NCBI GenBank assembly: GCA_951406725.2
Contig: OX597826.1
Coordinates: 66,340,001-66,404,000 of the forward strand
Reading direction: 5' to 3'
DNA: 64,000 nucleotides
Source of the DNA: Octopus vulgaris
Lineage: Eukaryota
This document shows positions 40,267-54,640 of the stretch, one piece after another. The position numbers were made by a program, and so were the translations under genes. Numbering within the stretch: the first letter of the stretch is position 1; the number at the start of each line of letters is the position of its first letter. The notes below the pieces were generated by a model, which worked only from the letters and a program-made list of their open reading frames with translations, searched no databases and was not told the origin of the DNA.

Positions 40267-40927
40267 GCAACAGAATGAACTATCGATTTCAATGAAAAAA
40301 AAACCTAAAAAACTGACAGGATTTTTTTTTTTTGTTATCGAATTTTGTTATACCAAAACAAATAGGTTTAAAAATCTTACGTCGAAACTTTATTGAAAAT
40401 TTTCAATATGCGCTCCGTCTGTATCCCTGCAAATTTCGAATCTATCATTAGCGTTGCAAAACACATTTTGAAGCATTTCAGGAGTTTATATCCTGTTTTC
40501 TGTAACAATATTTTAGTTTAAAAATCTTACGTCGAAACTTTATTGAAAATTTTCAATATGCGCTCCGTCTGTATCCCTGAATCATTAGCAAAACACATTT
40601 TGAAGCATTTAGAGTTTATATCCTGTTCTGGTAACTGAATGCATTCTTGAAGCTCAGTTAAATTATGGCTCTACCCTTGGGATGGAGGTGGAGAAAATGT
40701 TTGCAGCTAAAGTGGAGAAAAAAAGGCAAAAAAAAAAAAGCTGGGATCTAACGGGAATGAAAATAAAATTATTGATAAAATTATAAAAATTATAAAATTA
40801 TAAACAAAATTTAAGAAAATAAGACACTTTCAACACATTAAACATGAAAGCATAAACAAAAATGAGTTTCTTAATAAAAAATCGTCCGATTTCACTGCAA
40901 TGGATAGCTAATTCTGGGACACCATAC
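40261..40927 (-). mobile_element. Decayed Tc1/mariner-superfamily remnant with internal ~150-bp tandem duplication
   Basis: EMLQNVFCNANDRFEICRDTDGAHIE resembles a transposase C-terminus; degenerate TIRs; 40367-40505 is repeated at 40517-40635. Confidence 0.55.
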
Positions 40928-41358
40928 ACACATGACTGAAACAAGTAAAAGACTAAGAGAATATGTAGGTATGTATGTAATAACTTATATGCAAGAACGA
41001 TAAAGCATTAATGTCATAATGCTCAGAGTAATGATTAAGGAACAATATTTGATCAATTATTAAAACGGCCATTCATTAACTTGATTACAATATTAGTCGA
41101 AGTAATGGTTATCGCCTTCTAAACATGGATGTTGTCTAAGAACAGACAATGCTATTATTTTAACTCCAGGACAAAGCATCCTCCAGCTGGTTATTCAGTG
41201 TGTTCCGCGTTCGATATATATTGCAGTCGGGGAGAAAACTCCCTACTATTCCCGTTATTGAAACCACCAGATCGCGCGGTTTCAACCTTATTATGGTAAT
41301 CCTTGGTGATGGATACTCGTCTGCTAGACACAGCAGTAGTTCACCCCAGCCTGCAATA

Positions 41359-41848
41359 CCGTAAATCCTCGAGTATAGTCCGCCTTTGAGTATAATACGC
41401 AGGGGATTTTTAGGGGGCTGTACCTCTGAAAAACCTAAACCTTGTGTATAACACGCACCTCTTCTCTAACTTGAGTCAAGGAGGTCTATATAACGTCCTT
41501 GGTTTGTAAAAATATATATGGTATATACGGTAATGTCCTTTATTATTATTGTATATATAACATAATGCAAACGTGTAGCTTTTTTGTGCATTTTGTTTGC
41601 AGAAAATAAAGAAATAACAGTAATAACGTTTAATAAATGTTGCTAACTGCAAGTTATGGGTGATTTAAGGTATTTTCGCGCCCGACATCACAAAATGCGT
41701 TTGAATAAACATTGCCGGACAGCAAATAGAAACTCGGACATTGCTTAGAAAATAATTTTCATTTTTAACCTCGTATATAGTATGCACTAGGAATTTTGGC
41801 CTTTAAATTTTGGGGGGGGAAATGCGGATTATATTCGAGGATTTACGC
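41359..41848. mobile_element. Second copy of the CCGTAAATCC MITE
   Basis: TIRs plus TA TSD; reverse orientation to the 12769 copy. Confidence 0.9.
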
Positions 41849-43478
41849 TATATAGAAAATGAATGATGCATAGTCACTGGGCTTGCAACATGCAAACTTG
41901 CTCGTTAAGAAGATCTCTATAAGAGGCGAAAGCAGTATTTACCCTGAGAAGTAATGTTTATCGACATCTAATCATTGGTGTTCTCTAAGAACAGAGGGTA
42001 CAGGTAATTTAACCCCAGGAAGACGCATCCTCCAGCTGGTCATTCAGTGCGTTCTAACGACGTCGTCGTGTCGTAGTGTGGACACAAGTTATTTGTATGA
42101 CTGGTACTTTATTTCATCGATCCCAGACACACGCAATCGTATACGACTTCATATCAGCCAGCTTCGTCGTTTGTAGAAGTTTCTTTTTGTTTCCTATTTA
42201 ATCACAACGAAACCTAGAGACTCTGCGACACGGTTCCACCATTGATTCAGCGGAGCATCTAAAACGTGAGTGCTTAAGCAAGAGCGTATTGCACCGGTTC
42301 TTTATTTTATTGCACATTGAATACACGAGACGCAAAGTTGAAATTGTCGGGATTCGAACTCAGAAGTAAAGAGTCAGAACAATTATCACAAAGCGTTTAT
42401 GTCTGATGCTCTCCCGACTGCGCCAGTTCACTGCCTTTGAATGGACATACATAGCTATGTTCACTGAATTCGTCCATTTAAATACACAGCACACATACAT
42501 AGACAAACACATGTACACACGCATGTATTTAGACATACACACGAATACAAATATACAAATGTCAATACCAATATAAACACAGATACAGACAGACACACAC
42601 ACACACGCACACACATGCATGCGCACACAAAGACATACATGCACACACACAAATAGACAGATACACACCAACACGTAAACACAAACAGATATACACACAT
42701 CTAAAACATACATGCTGATGTACAATCATATGCATAGAATTTCACTCACACATATACATGACTATAAATACATACACATGCATACACATACAAGCACAGA
42801 TGACTAACACTCGTATGCACTCTCAGGACTAACATGCACACACGCACAAGCACACACACATACACACAAGCGCACGCACGCACACACACAAACACACACA
42901 CACACACACACAGAAAGACCAGCGCACAGAGACCCCCACCACACATACACACAAAAACATACAGACATACACACCATGACAAATACACACACACATACAC
43001 ACACATACACATACAAGCACAGAGGACTAACACACGTATGCACTCTCAGGACTAACATGCACACATGCACAAGCACACACACACACACACACACGCATAA
43101 GCGCACGCACACACACACACACACACAGACTCAAGCACACTCACGTATAAACACATACAAACGTAAGGCCCCACATGCATACACAAAGCTCATCACGCAC
43201 AACGTTTCCCAGTATGGTACGCCATGGGAAAGTCAGACTGGTTTAAGAAAACCCCCACCGCCAACCAACCATTCTTCCTTCTGTTTGTGTCTCTCCTTTT
43301 CTCTTTGTCACACACACGCACACACGCACACATACACACACACACACATACACACACTCTCTCTCTCTTTCACCCTCCCTCTTTGTCCTCATGCCTGTCA
43401 TGTCTGTAATACCTCCCCTCTTTCTCTCTCCATATGTCTCCCTGTCACTCTCACCTTTGCCTCCCTCATTCTATTCCC

Positions 43479-43533
<55 letters not shown>

Positions 43534-43572
43534 GTCTCTCTGTCTCTCTGTCTCTCTCTCTCTCTTTGTCAC

Positions 43573-43674
43573 TCAGACAATCCCTCTCTGTACGCATCCG
43601 TTGTCTTCACGATAGTCAATGTCCTCAGTCAGAACTCTCCATGAATGACATACTCGCTTAACTGGTTGCTCATT
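43573..43674 (-). other. Candidate terminal exon (NEQPVKRVCHSWRVLTEDIDYREDNGCVQRGIV*)
   Basis: Long T tract plus AG acceptor followed by 33 open codons of complex sequence inside microsatellites; no recognisable homology. Confidence 0.3.
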
Positions 43675-43887
43675 CTAAAAAAAAAAAAATAAAAAAAAAA
43701 AAAAAACCATGCAGTTGTTGTTGTTGCTGCTGTTGCCACTCCCCCTATTGTTGTTGTTGTTGTTGTTGTTACTGTTGGTGGTGCTGTCGCCATTGTCGTT
43801 GTTGCAACGGTTGTCATTTTTCTTGCAGTTACTGTTGTTGTTATTCTTTCTTCTGAATGAGAAGAGTTCCACTAAACTTCCATACCC

Positions 43888-44297
43888 ACCACCACCACCA
43901 CCGCCACCGTCGCCGCCACCGTCGCCGCCACCGTCGCCGCCACCGTCGCCGCCACCGTCGCCGCCACCGTCGCCGCCACCGTCGCCGCAACCGTCGCCGC
44001 CACCGTCGCCGCCACCGTCGCCGCCACCGTCGCCGCCACCGTCGCCGCCACCGTCGCCGCCGTCGCCGCCACCGTCGCCGCCACCGTCGCCGCCGTCGCC
44101 GCCACCGTCGCCGCCACCGTCGCCGCCACCGTCGCCGCCACCGTCGCCGCCACCGTCGCCGCCGCCACATCGCCACCACCACCACCACCACCACCACCAC
44201 CACCACCACCACCACCACCACCACCACCACCACCACCACCGCCACCGCTGCCGCCAGTACCACCACCGCCGCCGCCGCCGCTGCCACCACCACCACG
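43888..44297. repeat. GC-rich (CCGCCACCGTCG)n dodecamer repeat with (CCA)n flanks
   Basis: Direct inspection. Confidence 0.95.
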
Positions 44298-44514
44298 CTA
44301 TGCCCTTCAACAATTCCCGCCCAATGTGAAAGGAATGGTTCAAGTACGGGGCCAATACGAAAGGCCGTACATAGTCACTCAACCTGCTAGAAATAGCAAC
44401 GAAACCTCCCTTGAATCACACTACATCTTAAATAAGAGAAGGCTTCGCTAGGTTATTGCGGTAGACTTCGATACCCGCTTCGAGATTCTGGTGCAAATCT
44501 GGACCACGTTTATC

Positions 44515-44900
44515 CTTTATTTGTTTCAATCTTTAGACTGCAATTGCAGCCATGCTGGGGCACCACCGTGAAGAACCTTAATTGAATGAATCGACTCCAG
44601 GGCTTATGAGCTCATTATTTTAAAGCCTAGTTCTTATTCTATCGGTCTCTTTTGCCGAACCACTAGGCTGCAGAGACGTAAACACGCCAACACCAGTCGT
44701 CACGCAGTGGTGAACTACAGGCAGACAGATATACAAATACACAATAGGCTTCTTTCAGTTTCGGTCTACCAAAGCCTCACACAAGACTTTGATCGGCTCG
44801 TGGTTATAGTAGAAGATACTTGTTCAAGGTGCCACACAGTGGAAATGAACCCGGAACCATGTGGCTGGGAAGCAAACATCTTACCGCACAGCCACGCCTG
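44515..44900 (-). mobile_element. Older SINE family A copy
   Basis: Diverged but colinear. Confidence 0.8.
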
Positions 44901-44926
44901 ATTAGCTAAAATTACTAGTATGCAGA

Positions 44927-45237
44927 TTGTTTTGTTTTGTTCCTTCTCGAGCCACGCCTGGCTCATAAGGGCCGATTTCCCGGTTTCCTTTGCGCATAGG
45001 TTCTCCACCTGGACGGGACGCCGGTCCGTCGTAGGTGAGCTGCAAGATGCCGGAGGAAAGAGCGAGAGAAAGTTGTGGCGAAAGAGTCAGCAGAGGTTTC
45101 GCCATTACCTTCTGTCGGAGCCGCGTGGAGCTTAGGTGTTACGCTCATAAACACACACATCGCCCGGTCTGAGATTCGAACTCGCGATCCCTCGACCGCG
45201 AGTCCGCTGCTCTAACCACTAGGCCATGTGCCTCCAC
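44927..45237 (-). mobile_element. SINE family D (head shared with C, different 3' half)
   Basis: TGGCCTAGTGGTTAGAGC...GAGTTCGAATCT head; imperfect TSD TATGCAGATT/TATGCTGATT; copy at 58845. Confidence 0.9.
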
Positions 45238-45639
45238 AATATGCTGATTAGCCGAGGAAGATGGAAATCGCCGGAAATGGCTAGCCTGTTCTCCGAGCTG
45301 TATTGTAACATATCAAACTTGGTCATTTCTGTCTTCATAGATGTATAACTACAACTGGTTGCAGACCGGTAACATCACTAGCTGCGTGATCTGGGAAGTG
45401 GTGATCTTAAAAAGGGTGACACAATGCACCCAGGCATGGCTGTATGGTTAAGTAGCTTGTCTTGCAACCGGCTGGTTTCAGGTTCAGTCCTACTTCACGG
45501 CACCTGAACAAATGCCTTCTGCTATAGCCGGGGGATGACAAATGCCTCATGTGTGAATTTGATTGACGGATACTGTGTGTATGTGTGTATACATACATAC
45601 ACATATGTATATATATATCTTTATATTTATAAACTAAAC

Positions 45640-45796
45640 TTCTTTCTATTTTCTCCCCCTGTTTATTTCTGTGTTCCTTTCTGTCGAAGAGCGTAGGTTC
45701 GAAACGTAAAAGACTTTCTCACTTCCCGAGAGTTAAATAATTCATCTGTTTGTTGCTTACACACCCGTGTTCCTCTTTTGTTTTTTTTGTAAATTC

Positions 45797-45800
<4 letters not shown>
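45640..45800 (+). mobile_element. Family F repeat with variant HHR at 45677-45712
   Basis: cttt-CTGTCGA-a-gagc(gtag)gttc-GAAA-cg-TA-aaag. Confidence 0.75.
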
Positions 45801-45847
<47 letters not shown>

Positions 45848-45964
45848 ATGTATGTGTGTGCGTGTGTGTGTATGTGTGTGTGTGGTTATTGACGATTTAA
45901 AGTCTATTCTCGGTATATTTGGCATAGGAATTTTTTTCTTTTGCCCTTATTTATACGTTATATA

Positions 45965-46023
<59 letters not shown>

Positions 46024-46132
46024 GCGTATATTACAATTTTTCTGAATTTTCAGATTTTTCTATATGCTAATCTACTGGATTTAAATTGATATTAATTAAA
46101 TTAATATTCAATTACCCAACCTCATTATTTAA

Positions 46133-46207
<75 letters not shown>

Positions 46208-46391
46208 GGAAAGCCTTCTTTTTTTCTGTCGGTGGCTTATATATCCCTTTATTAGACAAATTTCCTTAGACATTACACAGTGATCGCCATAAGCTTTAAG
46301 CTTATATAAAAATTCCCTTATTATTATTGACAGGATTACAGGATTGTAAATTACGGCGCCGTATAAAAAGAACATTTGCACCGAAAGCAAA

Positions 46392-46591
<200 letters not shown>

Positions 46592-47382
46592 TACATATAT
46601 GTATATATGTGTGTGTTTTTGTTCGTGGGTATCTTTGTGTCTGTGTTTTCTCCCTCACGCCGTTTGAAAACCGATAATGATTTCTTTACGCCCCTGTAAC
46701 TTAGCAGTTCGACAAAAAAGACTAATAGAATAAATTCCAAACTTAAAAGCCGTAAGTACTGTATTCGTCTAAAACTCTACAATGCCGATGAAATCCTGCT
46801 CGCACTGAGACGCAAGAGGGTATGATTGGCATTCACAGGAAATAGCTTCGTGATGACGTCCAATATTATGGAAATCAAAGTATTCAGTATTCAGGAGCTC
46901 GCTTTAACAAGGACATGTCGGAAGGCTGGCAACTCGGTACCCGGAGAGGCAAGTATATACCTGTCAGTGGCCTCTGTTGCTGGATTGACTGTTTGCTTAA
47001 ATTTCTTAGGGTCTGGTTTGCTTCTGGCTTCCAGATGATAAAAACTGGATATCGCACTACAAAGCTATTTTTTATGGGGTTGCTTAACAGACAAATTTTA
47101 TGGTACAAAACCGACAGCGGTCAACGAATTGAGGGCAACCTTTGAACAAGAAAGCGCACAAATACTGAACGAAATGTTTCTTCATGTCTGAGATTCCATC
47201 ATTTCGCGTTATATGCCGTGCCTGAACCAAAATGGTCATGAGTTTGAAAACATTCATAAAAAAATTAAATATTCTGTCTGTAAATTCTATTAAATTTGAA
47301 AATGAAATTTATTTTAATAAACGCAGAGAAAGTAAAAATTCACTGTGTACGCACTTTTGTGACTCCCCCACATTTACATATG

Positions 47383-47501
<119 letters not shown>

Positions 47502-48024
47502 GAACACGCATATAGGATTTCTTTGAAATGTTTAACTCTCTCTTCCATCATCTGCCAGGAAAAAAAAATTTGGCTATTTGACTCCAGCTCTGCAGATTGT
47601 TGAAGAATCAGCATTTCAAGAAAAATATATTGCAACAATCGGCCGAAAATATTTCATGATTCATCAGAATGAAACCGGATAATCTAAGCGTAATCCGAAT
47701 GCTTTTATCCCGACCATCCCTTGAGTACATGAGCCAAAGTTCTCATTGGCTGGATGATGGAATATCCAATAACTGCCGAGATTTCTTCAACCAATTGTAG
47801 GCCAGAATTTAGTGTTTTTTTTTGTGAATGACTTGAAGGCACTCAAGTGATTTTTCTATGTATGTGGTGTAAAATGTCCGTGTGTATAAAATGTCGCAAT
47901 GCACCATGGTGGGTTTCATCCGAGATTTGCAGAGTTCGCAGTTGATGAATGTATGTGAAGTGTTTGGTAATCTTAAAAAAACCCCCAAAAACAACAGTCT
48001 TTATATTGCAGTCTTTGATATGTT

Positions 48025-48390
48025 TTCTCTTTAACTTGTTTCAGTCTTTAGACTACGGTCATGCTGGGGCACCACTTTGAACAATTTTAGTCGAACGAAT
48101 CGACTTATTCTCCAAAACCTGGTACTTATTCCATCGATCACTTATGCCGAACCGCAAAGTTATGGGGACGTAAACACACCAACACTAGTTGTGAAACAGT
48201 AGTGGGACATACACACACACACACATATATACGACGGGCTTCTTTCAGTTTCCATCAACCAAATCCACTCATAAGGCTTTGGTCGGCCCAAGGCTATAGT
48301 AGAAGACACTTGCCCAGAGTGTCAGGTAGTCGGAATGAACTCGGAACCATGTGGTTAGGGAGCAAGCTTTTAACCAGACAGCCACGTCTG
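48025..48390 (-). mobile_element. SINE family A (older)
   Basis: Colinear with young copies. Confidence 0.85.
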
Positions 48391-48512
48391 GAGACGAGAT
48401 TGCTTGACAAATATGACAGTAACGATGAGGATTAGCACATTGTAGTGATCTGGGCAATCGCATTTGCAGGCTGCTGGCTAGGACAAGGGGTGTTATATAA
48501 TTTTCTTCATAT

Positions 48513-48676
48513 GCGCAGGAGTGGCTGTGTGGTAAGTAGCTTGCTTACCAACCACATGGTTCCGGGTTCAGTCCCATTGCGTGGCACCTTGGGCAAGTGT
48601 CTTCTACTATAGCCTCGGGCCGACCAAATCCTTGTGAGTGGATTTGGTAGACGGAAACTGAAAGAAGCCCATCGTA

Positions 48677-48757
<81 letters not shown>

Positions 48758-48989
48758 GTGTGTGTATATGTTTGTGTGTCTGTGTTTGTCCCCCCTAACA
48801 TCGCGTGACAACCGATGCTGGTGTGTTTACGTCCCCGTAACTTAGCGGTTCGGCAAAAGAGACCGATAGAGTAAGTACTAGGCTTACAACGAATAAGTCC
48901 TGGGATCGATTTGATTCGATGAAAGGCGGTGCTCCAGCATGGCCGCAGTCAAATGACTGAAACAAGTAAAAGAGTAAAAGAGAAAGAGT
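48513..48989 (+). mobile_element. SINE family A (young)
   Basis: Full-length copy. Confidence 0.92.
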
Positions 48990-50400
48990 ATATGTGTAGT
49001 GATTATGATTTGGTGTTGTTGAAAAAGACAAGATTGGTATGACCTAACTGGAGGATTTTCGAGATCTCTGCTCATGGATGGAGAGCGGTTCTGGCATGAG
49101 ATAACTGGACTGCATGTAGATGCAATGCAGAACTGGCACGAGATAACTAGATTGCATGTAGATGCAATGCAGATATGGTAATAGATAACTGGATTGCATG
49201 TAGATGAGGCGTAGGCGAGGAATGATGAGTGGTTTCGTTTGCGCAAGTTGGGATGGGAAATAAGTTGTTGGGTTGTCGATGTGTATCAGTAAGAGTGTGG
49301 AAAAAAAAAGCTGAACGTAGGGATCTATGTTTCTTCTAAATTGCTTTTGCTGTGGGTGTGTGCAGAGATTTGCTTGTGGGCAAATTTTGCCCTTCTTTGC
49401 AACGTGTATGCAGATCCACCCGAGTAACTATCTCTCAAATTTCTTCAATTAAAAAAAAATGATTTCATGTTGAAAACATTATGTGTACACACTATGTTCC
49501 TTTTCCTAGTAAAACGTGCGCGCACGCATAAATGTACAGCAGTGGTTCCCAAACTCTTTCGGGGTGCGGCCCCCTTAGCTACCCAGGTCACATTCCTAGC
49601 GCCCCCTCCTCACACACCACCACAAGCATAGACCACTTTCTGCAGCAAATTGAAACCATCTGTATTTCACAAATAAAACTTAACTCATAATGTTTTACAT
49701 CGATCACTCCCTTTTGGCCACTCCATCATTACTCCAACTTTCTTCAACGCCCCCTGGATATCTCCACCGTCCCCAAGGGGGCAGTACCACCCACTTTGAG
49801 GGCTTAGAGAGAAGATTTCTTGAAGTATGCCAGTGTTGATACAGTATGGATCAGGGACCACTCTATTAGTACATACTGCAATGGTGCAATCTGATAGAAA
49901 ACTACAAATCTCAGAGCTGAGACACTGACAGTTCATCTAGGATTTTAGCATGTCAAATATGGTCAAATGGTTTACTGTCTGTTATAAAGTACATCAGCAC
50001 CGTACTAACCAAATTTATCAAGAGCATGACCCTACCTTCGAATAGGCTACTAGTTGATCGGGTTTCATGGAAGCTGCATCGGGAGTAATTGAAGAAGGAA
50101 ACGGATTTAAAGTGTTGGAGAAAATGATATTCAACGACAATCTATCATTTTTGAGAGTGAGATTAAGTCGATAGTTGGCTGGATCAGAGAGATTATCCCT
50201 CTGGATAATGTCACACACTATAATGTGTTTCGAAGATCGGGGTAGACTCATAGAGAGTGAAACAAGACGAGAAGAAAAGGAAATAGAGAGTAAGTATATT
50301 ATTGCAAAGTTTGGCAAAAGAGAAACAAGATGTGGGGTAATTGTCAGAGAAGAATATAAAGGAGTTTGAAAGGGCCGGTGGACTTGTTTCTTTGAAACCA
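48990..50400 (-). mobile_element. Strongly decayed LINE (CR1/L2 group) fragments
   Basis: DNLSDPANYR (decayed ..SDPSNYRPIS) and SFLSDCTIAV...PYCINTGILQ (decayed ..INSGVPQG). Confidence 0.55.
49540..49800. mobile_element. hAT-like MITE remnant
   Basis: Starts CAGTGGTTCCCAAACT; right end truncated at CACTTTGAG. Confidence 0.55.
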
Positions 50401-51272
50401 TCTGAGGTGCTTACACACTTGGAATGTTAGCGTTTGTGTAGGACGTGCGAAGGCATGCCTAAGAAGTTGGTTTCGGTTACACGCTTATATATCTCTGATG
50501 AGTCAGGGGTGAAGCACGTGCACCACCAGCGATAGTCAGCTTAGAACTGGCAGAGATTCTGTCAGTCAGCTGATGTGTGGTGCGACGAGTCCGTCGGAAG
50601 ATGGGGGTTAAGGACGTTGCGTAGTATGTAGATGTGTGGCGAGATAAAGCAGGGGTCGGCCGACCCAATAGATGCAGAAACTGTCGTGTAAAGAGTTGAG
50701 GTCTGCAAGCGATTCCATTTCTGTAGTGGCGGCATCAGTGTGGAATGCGCGCGAGAGAGAGCCGAGAAAAGCGGTGAATGTTGAAGTCACCGAGGACAAT
50801 AACACCAGAAGGGAGTGAAATATGATAGACATCCCCGATGCAGCAAAAGATATGGTCGAGGAGTTGTAGGTGGTTGGAGGAATCTGAAGAACGATGGTAG
50901 AAGCGGATGTATTCGGAGGAGAGGTGATATTTTTGTTACTAAACGTCGTTGTGGCTGATACCCAGAAGAGAGGGGTGAGTGGTGGGGATATTAGAATCTA
51001 CACATCACACTATATTACATTAGACGCACACACACGTACACACACATACACACTCACACTCAAACGGGTGCATATATGTGTGTATGTGTGTATATTCTTG
51101 ATAAAGCGACAAATATGTACTTTACACTGTATGCTATAATTAGTGCCCAATGAATACTTGCATAAATTATAATTTATTTGAGAATATGATATAAACCAAG
51201 AGAGTGAATGAATAGACGGAAAAAAAAATTAACGACTGATACATGATATAAAGTATATATGGGTGACCTTAC

Positions 51273-51459
51273 CTCATTGAATGTCTTTAACAACTTTGCT
51301 TTCTGTTTCGGGGACCGTATTTCTCTTCAGGTGGAGTAAAGAGACAGAATTTCTTTGTAACGAATACTCACGTGAGGCGTTAGTTACTACGGGAACGGAT
51401 AAAAGGGGACACGATTCTATAACCAAATTAGATAAAACTGTCTTACGAAACAGAACCAC
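51273..51459 (-). other. Candidate exon with canonical splice sites
   Basis: tttcag|GTG...GAG|gtaagg; one frame open for 61 codons, stop 1 nt before the donor; alternative donor AC|gtgagt at ~51371. Confidence 0.3.
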
Positions 51460-51662
51460 CTGAAAGCGCTCAACATGGAATTAACTTCATAGGAACATAC
51501 ACGCCTGGTATTAAAATATATACACATTCCACAGAGCGTGTCGTAATTAGTTTTAACGAGATATTTTTCAATAAAGGTATACAACAAATACACACACACA
51601 CAGGCAAATATATATAATTCAGTGAATTATATATATATATATATATATATATACATAAACAC

Positions 51663-51705
<43 letters not shown>

Positions 51706-51719
51706 CATGCATACATATC

Positions 51720-51831
<112 letters not shown>

Positions 51832-51837
51832 GATATA

Positions 51838-53486
51838 TTAGGTTATCTCATAAATAATGTGGTTTTTTAAATACTTCTTTTAGTTTTCAAAATTAAGATA
51901 AACAAAATTCTTTTTTAATCTAAAATATACTCTCCTTCATTTTTTACAATGCCCTTCCATCTTATCTGGTAAACTTGCAAGGTCCCTCTTCCAAAATACT
52001 CCTCCACTACCGTTCTGTCCTTGTCTACAAAATTCATATTTTTTCCATCCAAATGATTTTGAAATCTGGAATAGATGATAATCAGATGGGTCAATGTCCG
52101 GCGAATATGGTTGGTGGGGCGTCGTTTCCCATTCAAACTGCTGCAGCCTTTGGTATATCATCCTCGCTGTATGTGACCAAGCATTATCCTAATGGAAGAA
52201 CACCTTTCGTCTTGAAATCAAATATGCTCGCTTTTCTCTCACGCTGATTCAAGCCGCTCAAGCTGCTCGCAGTAGATTTCCTTTATCATTTGGTTTGGAT
52301 TTAAAAGTTCAAAGTGGACTAAACCTTTCATTTTTGGAAGCACTCCGTCGGTTACGACGACGAGGGTTCCGGTTGATCCGAATCAACGGAACAGCCTGCT
52401 CGTGAAATTAACGTGTAAGTGGCTGAGCACTCCACAGACACGTGTACCCTTAACGTAGTTCTCAGGGATATTCAGCGTGGCACAGAGAGTGACAAGGCCG
52501 GCCCTTTGAAATACAGGTACAACAGAAGCAGGAAGTAAGAGTGAGAGAAAGTTGTGGTGAAAGAGTACAGCAGGGATCACCACCATCCCCATCCCGGAGC
52601 CTCGTGGAGCTTTAGGTGTTTTCGCTCAATAAACACTCACAACGCCCGGTCTGGGAATCGAAACCGCGATCCTATGACCGTGAGTTCGCTGCCCTAACCA
52701 CTGGGCCATTGCGCCTCCACTAAACCTTTCATATCCCACCAAACAGATAACAACAGATAATACGTGGGTGAAGACCTTCTTTAGCCTGGGGTGCCGGTGT
52801 TTCACCCTTCCCTACCGACTGTCTTCGGCGCTTGACATTTTTATAGAGAACCCATTTCTCGTCACTAGTCACTATTGGGTCCGAAAACGGTTCATTCGTG
52901 AGACGTGACAGCAAAGAAGAGCACACATCCACAGTCTGGATGTTTGTGAGGAACCTACTGACCCAATTTGCTGACTTTTCCGATGGCACGCAGGTGTCGA
53001 TGAATTGTTGAATGACCAAATCCAAGCTTCTCTGCTAGTTCCTCAACAGTTACAATGAGATTTTTGTTGCACCAGGGTTTGTAGGACATCCTCTTTGAGC
53101 ACTACAGATCTTTTAGGACTAGGCTCGTCTTGTAGGCTGTAGTTTCTGGCTCGTAATTTCAGGAACAACCCTTGACACTAGCTTACACTTATTGTCCGAT
53201 CCCCATATACTGCATCAGTATTCCTCGCACTTTCCGTTACGTTGTTGCCTTTATTGAACTCATAAGGCAAAATATGCCGAATATGCTCCTATGTCACTTC
53301 TATTATAGCTTTGAAAAATAACTGTTAAAATCGAACAGAACTCTTCAAAACTTGCACTAAGAATAAGTACAAGGTAAAATTACTACCTGCTTTTATAGCA
53401 AGTTGATGCAGGTAGTTTATCCCGTTCCCCTCCGACTTTTCGTTCATGCAATGGAAAAAAGCTGCATTATTTATGGGATGACCCAA
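51838..53486 (-). mobile_element. Near full-length decayed mariner (DD34D type) with a nested SINE C
   Basis: TIRs TTAGGTTATCTCATAAATAATG / CATTATTTATGGGATGACCCAA with TA TSD; IVTSDEKWVLY and HQPYSPDIDPSDYHLF. Confidence 0.93.
52335..52720 (-). mobile_element. SINE family C
   Basis: Perfect TSD TAAACCTTTCAT (52320-52331 and 52721-52732). Confidence 0.95.
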
Positions 53487-53713
53487 TATTTCGGTTAAAA
53501 TTAACCAAAGCCATGTCTAAATTTATAGTACCATCTGACAGAATTTAAGTCGTTTTTAAATCAAACTTTGTGGCACCATGGTTCATTCAAGTAACAAGTT
53601 GTTACATAATGGCGAGTGAATACACTTGAAAACAAGCCACTATGATACATAGATACATAAATACATAAACACATAAATACTATACATATACATACACACA
53701 CACACATTCTCTG

Positions 53714-53836
<123 letters not shown>

Positions 53837-54251
53837 TGTATATATGTACATATGTTAATTCAATAAACTCGAAAGCAAACCATTATGCTTTCTCATTTAC
53901 CGCTTCACCCTATGACTCCTACTATTACCCCTGAGGCAGACCACTTCATCACTTCCAATTTAACTCCGTTCCCATCCTCGAGTGTAACTGTCCCCAAATA
54001 CACATTTGCATCACCCAACCCTCCCCTACCATCACCATTATTACACCACCACCACATCTCATTCACAACGTACCCACACCAGCCCATTCACAAATTTTTT
54101 TTTTTAATATCCTCTCCTCATTCATTAATATAATTAAAGTCACAAACAAGTATGTTTTTCTAATTATCACATTACGCTACCCTACCTCGCCAAACACCAT
54201 CTCTATAGTCGACATTCTTAATTCATTTTAAGTTAGTTAAATACTTAGCAC

Positions 54252-54316
<65 letters not shown>

Positions 54317-54640
54317 TATATACGCATCATTATATATTTATGTATATACATGTGTATATATGGCAGCCTAACACCCCATGTGCATGTACGCCCACACGAT
54401 CTCAGACAAAATACTACCTAAAAATAAACCAGGTCCCTTGAAAATCAAAGCAAACCGCACTACATCCCCATCCACCCAACAAATAAAGCAAAAAAAAAAG
54501 AAATGAAAAGAAACGAACCCAGCTACATCGCATGAACAAATACTCGAACCCAACCACACTTGACCTAAAATTCCAACCGAACCACATTACACAACAAAAA
54601 AAACAAAACAAACCAAACCATATCCAAACCAAACCAAATA

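Noticed and set aside
40517-40635. Tandem duplicate with many small deletions
   Set aside because: The error pattern suggests a possible long-read consensus artifact
51295-51335. CTGAAGA...GAAA on the minus strand as a hammerhead
   Set aside because: Stem II barely pairs and no stem I closes after a UH site
51400-51459. KTVLSNLVIESC resemblance to a TGF-beta C-terminus
   Set aside because: Lacks the terminal CxC, and no upstream cystine-knot exons were seen
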